DNA of 63,256 bases from a virus (lineage: Duplodnaviria; Heunggongvirae; Uroviricota; Caudoviricetes), in the IMG/VR virus record IMGVR_UViG_3300025575_000276; one strand, written 5' to 3'. Position 1 is the stretch's first letter. Each line of letters opens with the position of its first letter. Below the pieces are notes generated by a model. It was not told the origin of the DNA. It searched no databases and was given only the letters and a program-made list of their open reading frames with translations. The position numbers were made by a program, and so were the translations under genes. Below, in pieces: positions 38,226-47,915 of the stretch.

Positions 38226-38903
38226 CTACTCGTTCTCAGTACCAACCTTAGTAAGGTCGTATGAATCCGCACCTTTACCTTCAGGGACAGTTTCTGTCTC
38301 CCGATTATTTTGTTTTATGATTTCCTTTGCAACATATCTACCAAGATCAATAAGCTCCGCATCAGTCTCAGCAGCCTTAGCTTTCTCAACCATTGCTTTA
38401 GTAGATATCCTAGAGAAGATACGTTCCCCTCCTACAATTTCCATCTGAACATTACCATCCTGGTCGAGAACCTGCATGTTAGGGGCCTCACCGGGATCTT
38501 CATCACATCCAAACAGATCCTCCATATCCTCAAGTTCATCTCCCTCTTGAATATCGCAAGCATCAGCAGATCCGGCAGGAAGTTCAATAACGTACTTCAC
38601 ATTATCCCAACTACCTATAAGATCATCGTTGTCTGGAAGTGCCGACTCTACTCCTAGAACCACAAAATCTTCATCTAGGAAAATCATATCCAGAGGATAG
38701 TCAGTGTCCCTCATCCACATTTGGTGTTTGCCGGGAGAAGGGAATACAAATAACATCCCTTCATCCGGGTCTATGCCTTCAACTACTGATAGTCCGTCCT
38801 TTCTGGATTGGTCAGTATTTGCAATGAAGACTTCGAATTCTTTGTCCTCTAGTTCAAGTTCGAAAGATTCTAAATCTAAATCCCATATTGATCTTAGTTT
38901 CAT
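38226..38903 (-). CDS. DUF192-family protein with an additional C-terminal helical domain
   Basis: VFIANTDQSRKDGL...EGMLFVFPSPGKHQMWMRDTDYPLDMIFLD...KYVIELPAG is the DUF192 pattern. Confidence 0.8.
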   Translation of the reverse strand: MKLRSIWDLDLESFELELEDKEFEVFIANTDQSRKDGLSVVEGIDPDEGMLFVFPSPGKHQMWMRDTDYPLDMIFLDEDFVVLGVESALPDNDDLIGSWDNVKYVIELPAGSADACDIQEGDELEDMEDLFGCDEDPGEAPNMQVLDQDGNVQMEIVGGERIFSRISTKAMVEKAKAAETDAELIDLGRYVAKEIIKQNNRETETVPEGKGADSYDLTKVGTENE

Positions 38904-39772
38904 AGTAAGTCTCCTTGACAGTCTTTAGTGTTGTTAAGTATTTCGTCTTTAAGTAGTTTACCTAGTTCGAGAAGGTTCTCTTTGTCTTCAGGATCAGCTT
39001 CAAACTTTGCTACAAGTTCCTCAACTTTAACAGTAAGTTCCTTGGTAAAGATGATTTCATTCAACTCTATTTCAGCAACTTTAGTAACCTCTGTACCTTC
39101 ACCTTCCGTCACAATAGGAATACCTTTGTCTCCAATGTTATTCTTCCGGGCATGCATTACTCCTTTTGGAATTATGTTAATAGCACCTCCTGATCTATGC
39201 ATAGCAATTGGAGCATCCTTATGCTCTGGCTCCTTTACAATGACCTTGGATTCTTTTTTCTTTTTTGCTTTCTTTGAAGCAACATCAACCAATAGGTGTA
39301 AGAGCATTTCCTTTAAGTTGTCTGAAGTGTCTCCAGACTTGTCTTCTTGTGCCGGGATTCCCATGAGTTTCTTTCTAGGTACTAGTTTAGCTCCTTTTCT
39401 TGCAGTCAACATAGCGTTAGAGGAATTTGTTAAGTACCCTCTGTTCATATTCACTGACCGCATTGCCAACTGAGATCCAAGGTTGTCCTGTGATAGTTGT
39501 TGGCCGGCCATGAATTGATTTGCAAAATCCTTGTTCTGAGTTATCATTTTATTTTTGGAGATAAGTCCTTTACCTATTCCCCATAAAGCACTGACACCTC
39601 CAACTATCCCGGCTGATACCGGATCTTTTACAAAGGAAGATAGTCCGGATGCCATTTGCATCCCAGAATTTAAACCTTCTGTGAGAGGGTTTATCGATGA
39701 AACAGTCTGTTGTTGGGGTCCAAAAAGTGAAACCCCAAACCCGGCTGTACCAAAATTACTTGTGTTTGCCAT
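38900..39772 (-). CDS. Putative cargo protein (290 aa)
   Basis: Gly/Ala amphipathic segment (AGIVGGVSALWGIGKGLIS), RKGAKL and HRSGGAI motifs, C-terminal IIPKGVMHARKN...EIELNEIIF domain. ATGA overlap with the next gene. Confidence 0.6.
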   Translation of the reverse strand: MANTSNFGTAGFGVSLFGPQQQTVSSINPLTEGLNSGMQMASGLSSFVKDPVSAGIVGGVSALWGIGKGLISKNKMITQNKDFANQFMAGQQLSQDNLGSQLAMRSVNMNRGYLTNSSNAMLTARKGAKLVPRKKLMGIPAQEDKSGDTSDNLKEMLLHLLVDVASKKAKKKKESKVIVKEPEHKDAPIAMHRSGGAINIIPKGVMHARKNNIGDKGIPIVTEGEGTEVTKVAEIELNEIIFTKELTVKVEELVAKFEADPEDKENLLELGKLLKDEILNNTKDCQGDLL

Positions 39773-39773
39773 C

Positions 39774-42700
39774 TTAATAAGTATAATTAATATCCGTTAC
39801 TATTGCTTTTACATAAGTGTATTGACCATTTGTATACCTAACCCTTATCTTCAAATATCTATCCTGAATATGGGTAAGTGAGTATTTCTTAGCATTGGCT
39901 AGGAACTTTTGAGTAGTCTCATCAAAGTATAGAGGTTTCAAATTTTTTCCAATTGAAACTGCACCCCCATCTTTAAGATACTCATAATTTGCTCTAAAAA
40001 TAGGATTGTACCTACGATCAAATATTTTTTGTGATATTATTGAGTATGGGTTGATTACAGCTACATCAGATAAACCTGAATGACCTAATTCCCGGAGTGC
40101 ATAGGACATTCCAATGTATCCCCACTCTGTTAAGTTAGCATCAGGAAAGTACTTTGTTTCTGCTATAACTTTAAGCCATGGACAATCCTCAGAAACTTGG
40201 TAAGTTACCTCAGAAGGAACTGACTCATTACCTACAATGTGGAATGCTCCAAATATCTTCTCTTTACCGGGGCCTTCAGCAACAATGAATTCATACTCGA
40301 ACTCAGGAGCTTTACCATAGAAGGAACCATAAGTAGGGACATTCTTACTGATCGAATTATGATCCCATATCAACTTTCTACCTTTATCGTTAACGGTTAT
40401 CGGGTTCTGGTCAAAGGTGATTGCAGTAGAGTCGTTGTTAATAGAGTACAACCCTCCGTTTATGTTGAACATAAATTCGGGAGAATACCCCAATCTAGTT
40501 ACCCAACTGCTTGAGTCCTCATTGTATACAAGTGTCAGGTGCTTAACCTTCTTGAAATTATTCCTGATCACCTTATACCTCTCATACACCTTCTTGCGAA
40601 CAACTGCATCCAGGTACATGTCCTTTAGTTCCTCAGTGGTTTTGCCGGAAGTGTGGTTGAACACATCATCCACCCAAGCCTGTCTATCTGCATCAGATCC
40701 CATCGACTCCATCATGTAGTACTCGTCAACATCCATTGGTAGTGGTTGATCTGTGTAGTTACTGTCTTCATTGTAGAACGAGAAGATAAGATCGTTATTG
40801 GTTTTATCGTAGAATGAAGCAATGTACAACTTACCTGGTACTTCTTTCTTATCCTTGAAGTCGTTCAGGAACCCAGCAAGGAGTCTATTCACCTTACCAT
40901 TAGAAATCATTTCCAGTCTTCCTTCTTTGATCATCCAGACCTTGAACCTATTCACATCTACGCCAACAACTGAATTATCAGTTCTTACAATGGACCTGAT
41001 CCAGTCAGAACCAAACTCCGAACTAATAACATTTGCTTTTGGGTTTAGTACACTGGCATTTTGAATGTTCACATCTCCCCCATTATTTTCCCCAACAACT
41101 GTCTGTCCGTTCACGTCAATTATAGTAATCCCCTTCTGGTGAACAGTTATAAGGTTATTATTAAAGTTCAGTACTTTAGTGATACTCCCTAACTCCTTGT
41201 TGTAGTTCTTCTTATTCAATCCTTGGAAGTCCCTGTAAGCATTGTAGAATGAGTTCTCTGAATACTCCTGAGAGAATAGTACCGTGTTACCATCACTACT
41301 TTTAATGTAGGGAGAGTCAGAGGACACACTTGTTAGAAGTCTACCGTTGAAATGTGATCTATAACCTTTATTGAAACCTGAAGTCTCAGGAAGTTTATTA
41401 TTACGGTCCACATAGAGTTTGAAATCACTTGCTCCCAAATAAGGGAGGAATGATCGCATCTTACCATACTTGGCTGCCTCCATTTCATCTACAATCTCTG
41501 GGTGACGAGCAAACGACAGGTTGTTGGATGCATGTGCCACCGACAAGTTTAACGATGCCTCATCAGCTCTATATGAGTTATACTGACCATCGACACTACC
41601 TACACCTTCTCTGAAATCTGGATTGTCTGAAGCCGGATTTATAGTAACTGTTGGTAGAGCCTTCGCTATATTGAACATGTTCCTTGTTGCAAAGCAATCT
41701 CCCCTATACCCAACTACCTCAATTTCTTCTTTACCTTGGAAATCATCGAATGAATATCTGGGAGTTATAGGAATGTAGTTAGTAACTTCATCGGAGGAAT
41801 ACATGCTCTGAATCGCATCCTTTGCCAATGCTCCAAGTACATTGGGGTACAAACTTACAATACAGTCAACAAGACTCTTTGTAGAAGTAATCCCTATGTA
41901 TGGGTTGAAATTCCCGGTAGGATAATACTTCACTGAGTCCTTGGTTATAAACCCAGATTTGTAAGGTATTTGTGAAGTGAAACCACCACCTGATCTGGGA
42001 GCAATTCCAAACTGTAGGTAGTCAGTTATTACCTTATCAATGACAGGAGTGCTTTTAAGTGTGGCATCTGTAGACATCTCACCTAAAGCATGGATATCGT
42101 AGATCACATCAGGAATACCAAGTGCCGAAACAATCTTCTTTTTGTAGAAGTTTATAACTTCTGACTCTGTTAAAGAGACTAGTCCACAAGCATTACCGTT
42201 AAATGAGGCTGCTGCCCTAGCTGAGTCTGTAATGGCATCCCCACTATTGAACCAGTACTTGTACATGTAAGTAGTAGACTGAGACTTTGCATAGTAACCG
42301 GGTTGAATGAACAGATCTGAAGCATTAGACAGTTGAGTCTTAGTGGTGACCTTAATAGGATCTCCTGCACTGGACTCTATACTAAATATTCCTTTCCCGG
42401 ACAAAAGAGGATATGCAGATAGTACTTCCCTCTCCTTTGATTGTATATCAATGGCCGGTGTACCGTTTGCATTTAGGTACCCTTTACCATCCGAAGAGAA
42501 TACAGGAGCTTCAGTAATTGTTAGGGCCATGTTAAGTAAAGCACCTTCCATAAGGATGTCCGGTTTACGTTCAGCCCTAACGAAGAAGAATCCTTTAACC
42601 CTTGTAAAGAACTCGGGATCTGTATTGATCAGATCAGTTTTATTGAACTTGAATTTTGGATAGAAAATCACATTTGAGTTAACCCTTTTAGGGAACCTTG

Positions 42701-45437
42701 TAACTCCTAACTTATTGAAGTTTATACCTTCAGGTACTTGTTTCCAGTTGGCCGGGGTATTGTCAAACTTCCAATCTAGGTCGTATATTGCAGTCTCACG
42801 TTCCAGTGTTGAGTCCTTTACAGGAGTCTCATCACAATAGTCAGCCCCAACTACAGGAACCGGACTTGTTACCACGTTACCTTCAAGGATAAAGCAAATA
42901 CCATTCTTATAGGTTTCCATAGGCCAATACCCGGTGTACTTTTCAGCGTACAGGGGATTATAAAAACCTTCACTGTAACTTACATCATCCAGTAGAACAG
43001 TTCCTAGTGGATCTTTATCTATGTTGATGTCAGGAAGTTTGCTGTTGGTAGTTTTCTGTTCCATGAACCTTACACCGTACTCATCCAAGGTATTGTGTTT
43101 CCCATCGTCCTCTACTTTCAGAGGCCATTTATTTAGTGTACTGGAGAATTGAAACTCAGACGTACCCAATGAAAATAAGGTACACACCTTCAAGCCAACT
43201 TTAAACAAACTGTTGTAGTCAACATTTGTACCACTAACCTTTGCAGCAAATAACCTATTCTGTATCTGGGCAATTGTGGCTACGGCTGATACCGTACTTT
43301 GAACAACGGATAATTCAGTTATATTAAGTAGTACCTGATCCTCAAACCCTGTATGTGTAAATGTGACCTCAGACGTTATCCCAGAAGTAGCATCTGGAAT
43401 AATGAATTTCTTACTTACTTTATATGCCCTTGGTTCATTAGCAGTGTCCCCTGAGTTAATTACAAAGTAAAGTGCAACATGGTTAAAACAAGGGTCGATA
43501 TTCTTAACAGTAAGTTCGATTGATTTGGTTGTTACATCACCAGACTTACCACCCCTTATTGAGCCAATGGTATCACCGTGCCATATCGGGATTAACCCAG
43601 TTTCTTCAAGTATGTCAGTCTCATTCTCATCAACTGTACCAAACTTTATGAAGTACTTATAAGTGCCAACTTCAAGTTTTCCACCTGAAGGGTTTACCTT
43701 TGACACTTCAAGTTTTGGAATGTTTTCTACATACTGAAACAGACGTGTACTAACATCTACATTTCTGGAGTTATACGAGTTGGTGTCCCTGTCAGTATTC
43801 CTATTGATGATTTCATAATTTCCATTTGGAAGAACTGTGAAACCAGAGTTTACAATTCTTGGAGCAGCACCAGCCTCAACAAATATAATGTTAGCGGAAC
43901 CATCGTAAGTTGGCTGTATCTCCATGTCAAGGTAGTTATTCCCGGAAATGAAAAGAGAGTCAACTTTAAATACATCACCATTAAAGTTGTTAAGTGGCCT
44001 GTATTGGTTTTCAAGTGTACCTTTCAAAGAAAGGTTATCATAATTAGGAGAAGGGTATGTACCTACTTCAATGTTATAGTTGTTTAAACCTACAGTATCG
44101 GATATCGGTACAGATAACCGGGACTCTCTATAACACTCGGGATCAGCCAATGGATGAGAGGACCCTCCGTCATTTGGAGCAACCTCCTTAACAAAGAACT
44201 CTACCACTGTACCAATACCTAAAGGAGGTATAGTTAAAAGAATCGCTTTCTCCTGTTGGATTATTGGAGTAGTTGGATAAGATACTTCATTTATGGTGTA
44301 CCCAAATTTAAACCAACCTGAGTAATTAGGGGTATCGTCAACGAACCATAGTTTTGCTTTGAATGGACTTGAAACATCCGTGAAGGCGTAAACCTCGACA
44401 TTGATGTTAAGGTCTGGAATACATGCAAGTCCACTTGACTCATAACCAATGGTTACAATATCCCTTAGATAATATGTTGAAATACCTTTTGTTTTCTTTA
44501 TATACACCGTATATGTGCCGGGTGCAAGGTTGTAGTTACCGTCTACCCTACTATCCCACACTCCGTTAGTGTCCATAAAGGGACCTTCTCCAATGGCAAT
44601 AGAGTAACCTGAATCAAGTATACCTCCTAACATTTTAGGTGCTATACTGAAACCTCCATTACTACAGAACCTTGATGATGCCGGAAACACAACTGGTGCC
44701 TCAATATTTACAATAGAGGAAATCTCTCTTGATACAGGGGCACTGGTAACTGTAAAGTAAGCCAAAACACGTTGATCAATACTACCTCCATTTGTAGCTT
44801 GTCCTATTGCACCGTAGTAAAGTTTATCTCCTTTCTTAAGGTTCAATGTTACAGACCTGAAACCTTCTATCATAGAAGTGTGCCTACCTTCCAAAAAGCC
44901 GGTAGTTGCTAACAGGCTACCTTGATTAGTTGCACTGTAAAGGTTTAGAGTTACATTGTGGAAGTTTGGTTTCTTCTTATCCGTAAGTGAAGTGACCTCC
45001 ATATCAAACATATACGAACCATCCATCTCAGCAGTATAGACAGGAACGAACTTCATCTCTAACTCTGAAACTCCTGTGGTGAATAGTCCAAACCCGGATG
45101 CACTATGTTTGTGATAGAGTTCGTAGGATGTCCGGGTACTAGTAGAAGGTGAGGTTATTTGAACACTTTCATTGTTGATGTTCCTTCTGCCATCTGTTGC
45201 CACTGGAGAATATAGTTCAGGGTACTTCTCTTTAATTGAATCAAAAGGTATTGGTCCAAAATTATTAGTCTCGGACTTCTTAACCTGATAAGCGCAAGGA
45301 ATACCTGATACAATATAGGCAACATTGTTATATTCCTTCACACCAAGAATTTTATTATCCGCAGGAAGCCCGACATTACCTTGTTCAAAGTAACCTACTC
45401 TAACTGTTAAGGTATTCTTCAATTCGTCTGTTGTCAT
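39774..45437 (-). CDS. Muzzle / tail stabilisation protein (crAss-like), lacking its extreme N-terminus and carrying inserted domains
   Basis: LGVKEYNNVAYIVS; YRPLNN...EIQPTYDGSANIIF...PRIVNSGF...DTNSY; GGKLEVGTYKYFIK; C-terminal YLKIRVRYT. These match recalled crAss-like tail stabilisation proteins. Confidence 0.7.
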   Translation of the reverse strand: MTTDELKNTLTVRVGYFEQGNVGLPADNKILGVKEYNNVAYIVSGIPCAYQVKKSETNNFGPIPFDSIKEKYPELYSPVATDGRRNINNESVQITSPSTSTRTSYELYHKHSASGFGLFTTGVSELEMKFVPVYTAEMDGSYMFDMEVTSLTDKKKPNFHNVTLNLYSATNQGSLLATTGFLEGRHTSMIEGFRSVTLNLKKGDKLYYGAIGQATNGGSIDQRVLAYFTVTSAPVSREISSIVNIEAPVVFPASSRFCSNGGFSIAPKMLGGILDSGYSIAIGEGPFMDTNGVWDSRVDGNYNLAPGTYTVYIKKTKGISTYYLRDIVTIGYESSGLACIPDLNINVEVYAFTDVSSPFKAKLWFVDDTPNYSGWFKFGYTINEVSYPTTPIIQQEKAILLTIPPLGIGTVVEFFVKEVAPNDGGSSHPLADPECYRESRLSVPISDTVGLNNYNIEVGTYPSPNYDNLSLKGTLENQYRPLNNFNGDVFKVDSLFISGNNYLDMEIQPTYDGSANIIFVEAGAAPRIVNSGFTVLPNGNYEIINRNTDRDTNSYNSRNVDVSTRLFQYVENIPKLEVSKVNPSGGKLEVGTYKYFIKFGTVDENETDILEETGLIPIWHGDTIGSIRGGKSGDVTTKSIELTVKNIDPCFNHVALYFVINSGDTANEPRAYKVSKKFIIPDATSGITSEVTFTHTGFEDQVLLNITELSVVQSTVSAVATIAQIQNRLFAAKVSGTNVDYNSLFKVGLKVCTLFSLGTSEFQFSSTLNKWPLKVEDDGKHNTLDEYGVRFMEQKTTNSKLPDINIDKDPLGTVLLDDVSYSEGFYNPLYAEKYTGYWPMETYKNGICFILEGNVVTSPVPVVGADYCDETPVKDSTLERETAIYDLDWKFDNTPANWKQVPEGINFNKLGVTRFPKRVNSNVIFYPKFKFNKTDLINTDPEFFTRVKGFFFVRAERKPDILMEGALLNMALTITEAPVFSSDGKGYLNANGTPAIDIQSKEREVLSAYPLLSGKGIFSIESSAGDPIKVTTKTQLSNASDLFIQPGYYAKSQSTTYMYKYWFNSGDAITDSARAAASFNGNACGLVSLTESEVINFYKKKIVSALGIPDVIYDIHALGEMSTDATLKSTPVIDKVITDYLQFGIAPRSGGGFTSQIPYKSGFITKDSVKYYPTGNFNPYIGITSTKSLVDCIVSLYPNVLGALAKDAIQSMYSSDEVTNYIPITPRYSFDDFQGKEEIEVVGYRGDCFATRNMFNIAKALPTVTINPASDNPDFREGVGSVDGQYNSYRADEASLNLSVAHASNNLSFARHPEIVDEMEAAKYGKMRSFLPYLGASDFKLYVDRNNKLPETSGFNKGYRSHFNGRLLTSVSSDSPYIKSSDGNTVLFSQEYSENSFYNAYRDFQGLNKKNYNKELGSITKVLNFNNNLITVHQKGITIIDVNGQTVVGENNGGDVNIQNASVLNPKANVISSEFGSDWIRSIVRTDNSVVGVDVNRFKVWMIKEGRLEMISNGKVNRLLAGFLNDFKDKKEVPGKLYIASFYDKTNNDLIFSFYNEDSNYTDQPLPMDVDEYYMMESMGSDADRQAWVDDVFNHTSGKTTEELKDMYLDAVVRKKVYERYKVIRNNFKKVKHLTLVYNEDSSSWVTRLGYSPEFMFNINGGLYSINNDSTAITFDQNPITVNDKGRKLIWDHNSISKNVPTYGSFYGKAPEFEYEFIVAEGPGKEKIFGAFHIVGNESVPSEVTYQVSEDCPWLKVIAETKYFPDANLTEWGYIGMSYALRELGHSGLSDVAVINPYSIISQKIFDRRYNPIFRANYEYLKDGGAVSIGKNLKPLYFDETTQKFLANAKKYSLTHIQDRYLKIRVRYTNGQYTYVKAIVTDINYTY

Positions 45438-45446
45438 AGTTTTCTT

Positions 45447-47114
45447 TTATATTGAAGGAGTTACGGTATCGTTGTTGTCGAGTACTCCAGTATTCGTAGT
45501 TAAGTTGTAGGTAAGTGTTGCAATTCGTTCACCACTAAATGTGTTTTCTCTCGAAGCTGCGGTAACTACTTTAGAAACAGAGGAGATAATATAAGTTGCA
45601 TCAGCCGTTGGGTTTGTGAAGCTATGTGCCGGTGTTCCCTCAGGTCCTTGAGCAATCATCTCACCACCTTTGTAAAGGGTTGCCTCAACATTAACAGGTT
45701 GGACTCCAACTGTTCCGTACCAGAATGCCCTTGCATCAACTATAACTTGAGTCTCTTCAGGGTACTGCTCCCTGAACTTCACAAGGTCTATTAGTACAGC
45801 TTCGTAACCTGTTCCGGTATTATCACCACCCCATATCAAATAATAAGGTTCTGCATTTGGCCAACTTGGTTGCCTACCCCATCCAAGGTAATCTATTTGT
45901 TCTGTCTGCCCTACATTTGGGGAGACAATCCTAGTACGAGTATCTAAATCTGAGCCATCGGTGAACTGATATGTCAGTACCATGTAGTCAGCATCAAATA
46001 TAAAAGTTGATTGTCCTATCAATATCGATGCAGTAATAGTGTCGCCATTACCGTCAATGACAGTAACCGTGTAAGATGTCCCACCAGAAAGGTCGGTTGC
46101 TGTATTAGATGTTGAAGGACTGCCAGAAGTGGTCTGCGAATTACTCCACGAGTAACTATAATTTCCTACTCCTCCGGCTACAGTCACAGTGGCCGTACCA
46201 TTATTACCCCCAATATTATCTGCATTGGTAGAAGTGAAGGTCAATGTTAAAGTTGGTCGAATACAAGTACCATTTGCATTTGCGTAATCCTGTGCTCCAG
46301 CATTGACAGTTTCAAGTGCTAATCGGTTTGCTGAATTTAGATCAACAAAAGAACTGAAAGTGTTTGCTTCAACTATGAAAGTAACCTCACTACCTGTAGC
46401 ACCTTCTCCACAATCGTTTTTAGTCCTAATCGCAGATTGTTCTTCATTCCAGAATACAGGTTTAAGAACACATACTCCCCTATTATTTGCATAATCTTGT
46501 TTACCAGCCTTAACCCATGTAATTGCCTTATCATCTGCATCTTCTTGGGATACTAGGGAGTAGAACTGATTAACGATGGAAGTAAAGTTCACAGTAGATC
46601 CATCAGAATCAGGATCACAATCGTTCCTTGTACATTCTTCGGAATAAACCTTAGAATAGAATACTAAAGTTCCCGGAACAACACTAGGTATTTGGGGAGT
46701 TACTCTAACATACTCAACAGTCTTGGTTGGATCATAAGGGACATTTATAAACATACCCGGCCTAAATTCGATACCAGAATAAGTATACCCTTCAGGAATA
46801 TCTATTCCCAAATACTTAACATACACCAGTACCTCACATCCGGGAGGAAGTTCATCATTAGCAGTGATTTCAATACTGGCTAAAGACTTCCCTCTATCTA
46901 CTGGAACATCCTCAATAGGGACCGTAGAAACATACTGAACTCTTTTAGAATTGAGTATAGGAACATTGGATTTCAATGATTGATATTCAACTTGGTCTCC
47001 TTTATTGGAAATAAGGGTTGCATTTAGTGCATCCGTCAATGTCTGAGGACTTGAGCTAACTGGTGTAGAGTCCGAAGCAATCCCTCCAATAAAAGTATTA
47101 ATAGCTTGCTGCAT
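45447..47114 (-). CDS. Muzzle-like N-terminus fused to two DUF5977 domains and an SprB-like repeat
   Basis: NTFIGGIASD...LTDALNATLIS start. Two RNDC/KNDC...QDYAN..G.C modules (aa 151-215 and 220-284). GNNGTATVTVAGGVGNYSYSWSN SprB-like repeat. Confidence 0.65.
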   Translation of the reverse strand: MQQAINTFIGGIASDSTPVSSSPQTLTDALNATLISNKGDQVEYQSLKSNVPILNSKRVQYVSTVPIEDVPVDRGKSLASIEITANDELPPGCEVLVYVKYLGIDIPEGYTYSGIEFRPGMFINVPYDPTKTVEYVRVTPQIPSVVPGTLVFYSKVYSEECTRNDCDPDSDGSTVNFTSIVNQFYSLVSQEDADDKAITWVKAGKQDYANNRGVCVLKPVFWNEEQSAIRTKNDCGEGATGSEVTFIVEANTFSSFVDLNSANRLALETVNAGAQDYANANGTCIRPTLTLTFTSTNADNIGGNNGTATVTVAGGVGNYSYSWSNSQTTSGSPSTSNTATDLSGGTSYTVTVIDGNGDTITASILIGQSTFIFDADYMVLTYQFTDGSDLDTRTRIVSPNVGQTEQIDYLGWGRQPSWPNAEPYYLIWGGDNTGTGYEAVLIDLVKFREQYPEETQVIVDARAFWYGTVGVQPVNVEATLYKGGEMIAQGPEGTPAHSFTNPTADATYIISSVSKVVTAASRENTFSGERIATLTYNLTTNTGVLDNNDTVTPSI

Positions 47115-47382
47115 CTTCTCTCTGTTTTCTTAAATCGTGTAACCTAAAATAGTTCTTTCTTGCCCTGTCATTTCGCTTAAGGAACATATACTTTGGCCGG
47201 ATAAGCCCGAACCTGTTCGCTGTATTAGTTCCTGTAGTCTCAATGTAGATATCGTGATCCCTGTTTACCAGGTACTGTATACCACTTATTCCAACCCGGA
47301 CAATTTCATCCAGTACTTCACTGGGGATATCCGGAAATTTTTCCTTTAACTCAGGAATATAGTCTTTATAGTTTTTGATCAT
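47098..47382 (-). CDS. Small IHF/HU-like crAss conserved protein
   Basis: Likely start is the ATG at 47382 (MIKNYKDYIPELKEKFPDIP..LDEIVRVG). Basic. Position next to the muzzle gene matches the crAss-like IHF-like genes. Confidence 0.45.
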   Translation of the reverse strand: MIKNYKDYIPELKEKFPDIPSEVLDEIVRVGISGIQYLVNRDHDIYIETTGTNTANRFGLIRPKYMFLKRNDRARKNYFRLHDLRKQREDAASY

Positions 47383-47383
47383 A

Positions 47384-47914
47384 CTACCAATTTTTTGCGT
47401 GGTCAAAGTATTTCTTGCCAGAATTCTGAAGATCAACTAATCTTTGAAACCTTGCCTTATCAAGAACAACCTCATACTTGCGACACTCACCATTCTTTTT
47501 GAATCTGTATTTTATACCGTAAACTTTCCCGGCAGTTGTTATAGGATCAAAGTGACGGAACTTACCTCGTTTCCTTCTGTTCTTCCAAACTTGATCTGGA
47601 ATACTTTCAGCACAAATACATGAACTGAATGCCGGAAGTATTAACATATCATTGTTCTCAATTATCCCATTTATTGCGGACCGTAAAAACTCGTGAAACA
47701 CCTTTATGGCGAGGGCACGTTTATTACTGGTCTTATGCCTCCTGTTTAAGTCAATAAGTCCGGAGATGAAGCTATAGTCCCTATTTACAGGAAATATATC
47801 ATAGATGTTTGCACAATGGTATGTTGGGTACTTTACTGGCTTGAAGAACTCCTTATCATCGAGCATTCGCAACGGTGGCCTGTTCCTTTCATCTTTTAGT
47901 TGATTTCTGATCAT
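47384..47914 (-). CDS. IHF-like basic crAss conserved protein
   Basis: Likely start is the ATG at 47914. KVFHEFLRSAINGIIENNDMLILP motif, very basic. Confidence 0.5.
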   Translation of the reverse strand: MIRNQLKDERNRPPLRMLDDKEFFKPVKYPTYHCANIYDIFPVNRDYSFISGLIDLNRRHKTSNKRALAIKVFHEFLRSAINGIIENNDMLILPAFSSCICAESIPDQVWKNRRKRGKFRHFDPITTAGKVYGIKYRFKKNGECRKYEVVLDKARFQRLVDLQNSGKKYFDHAKNW

Positions 47915-47915
47915 A

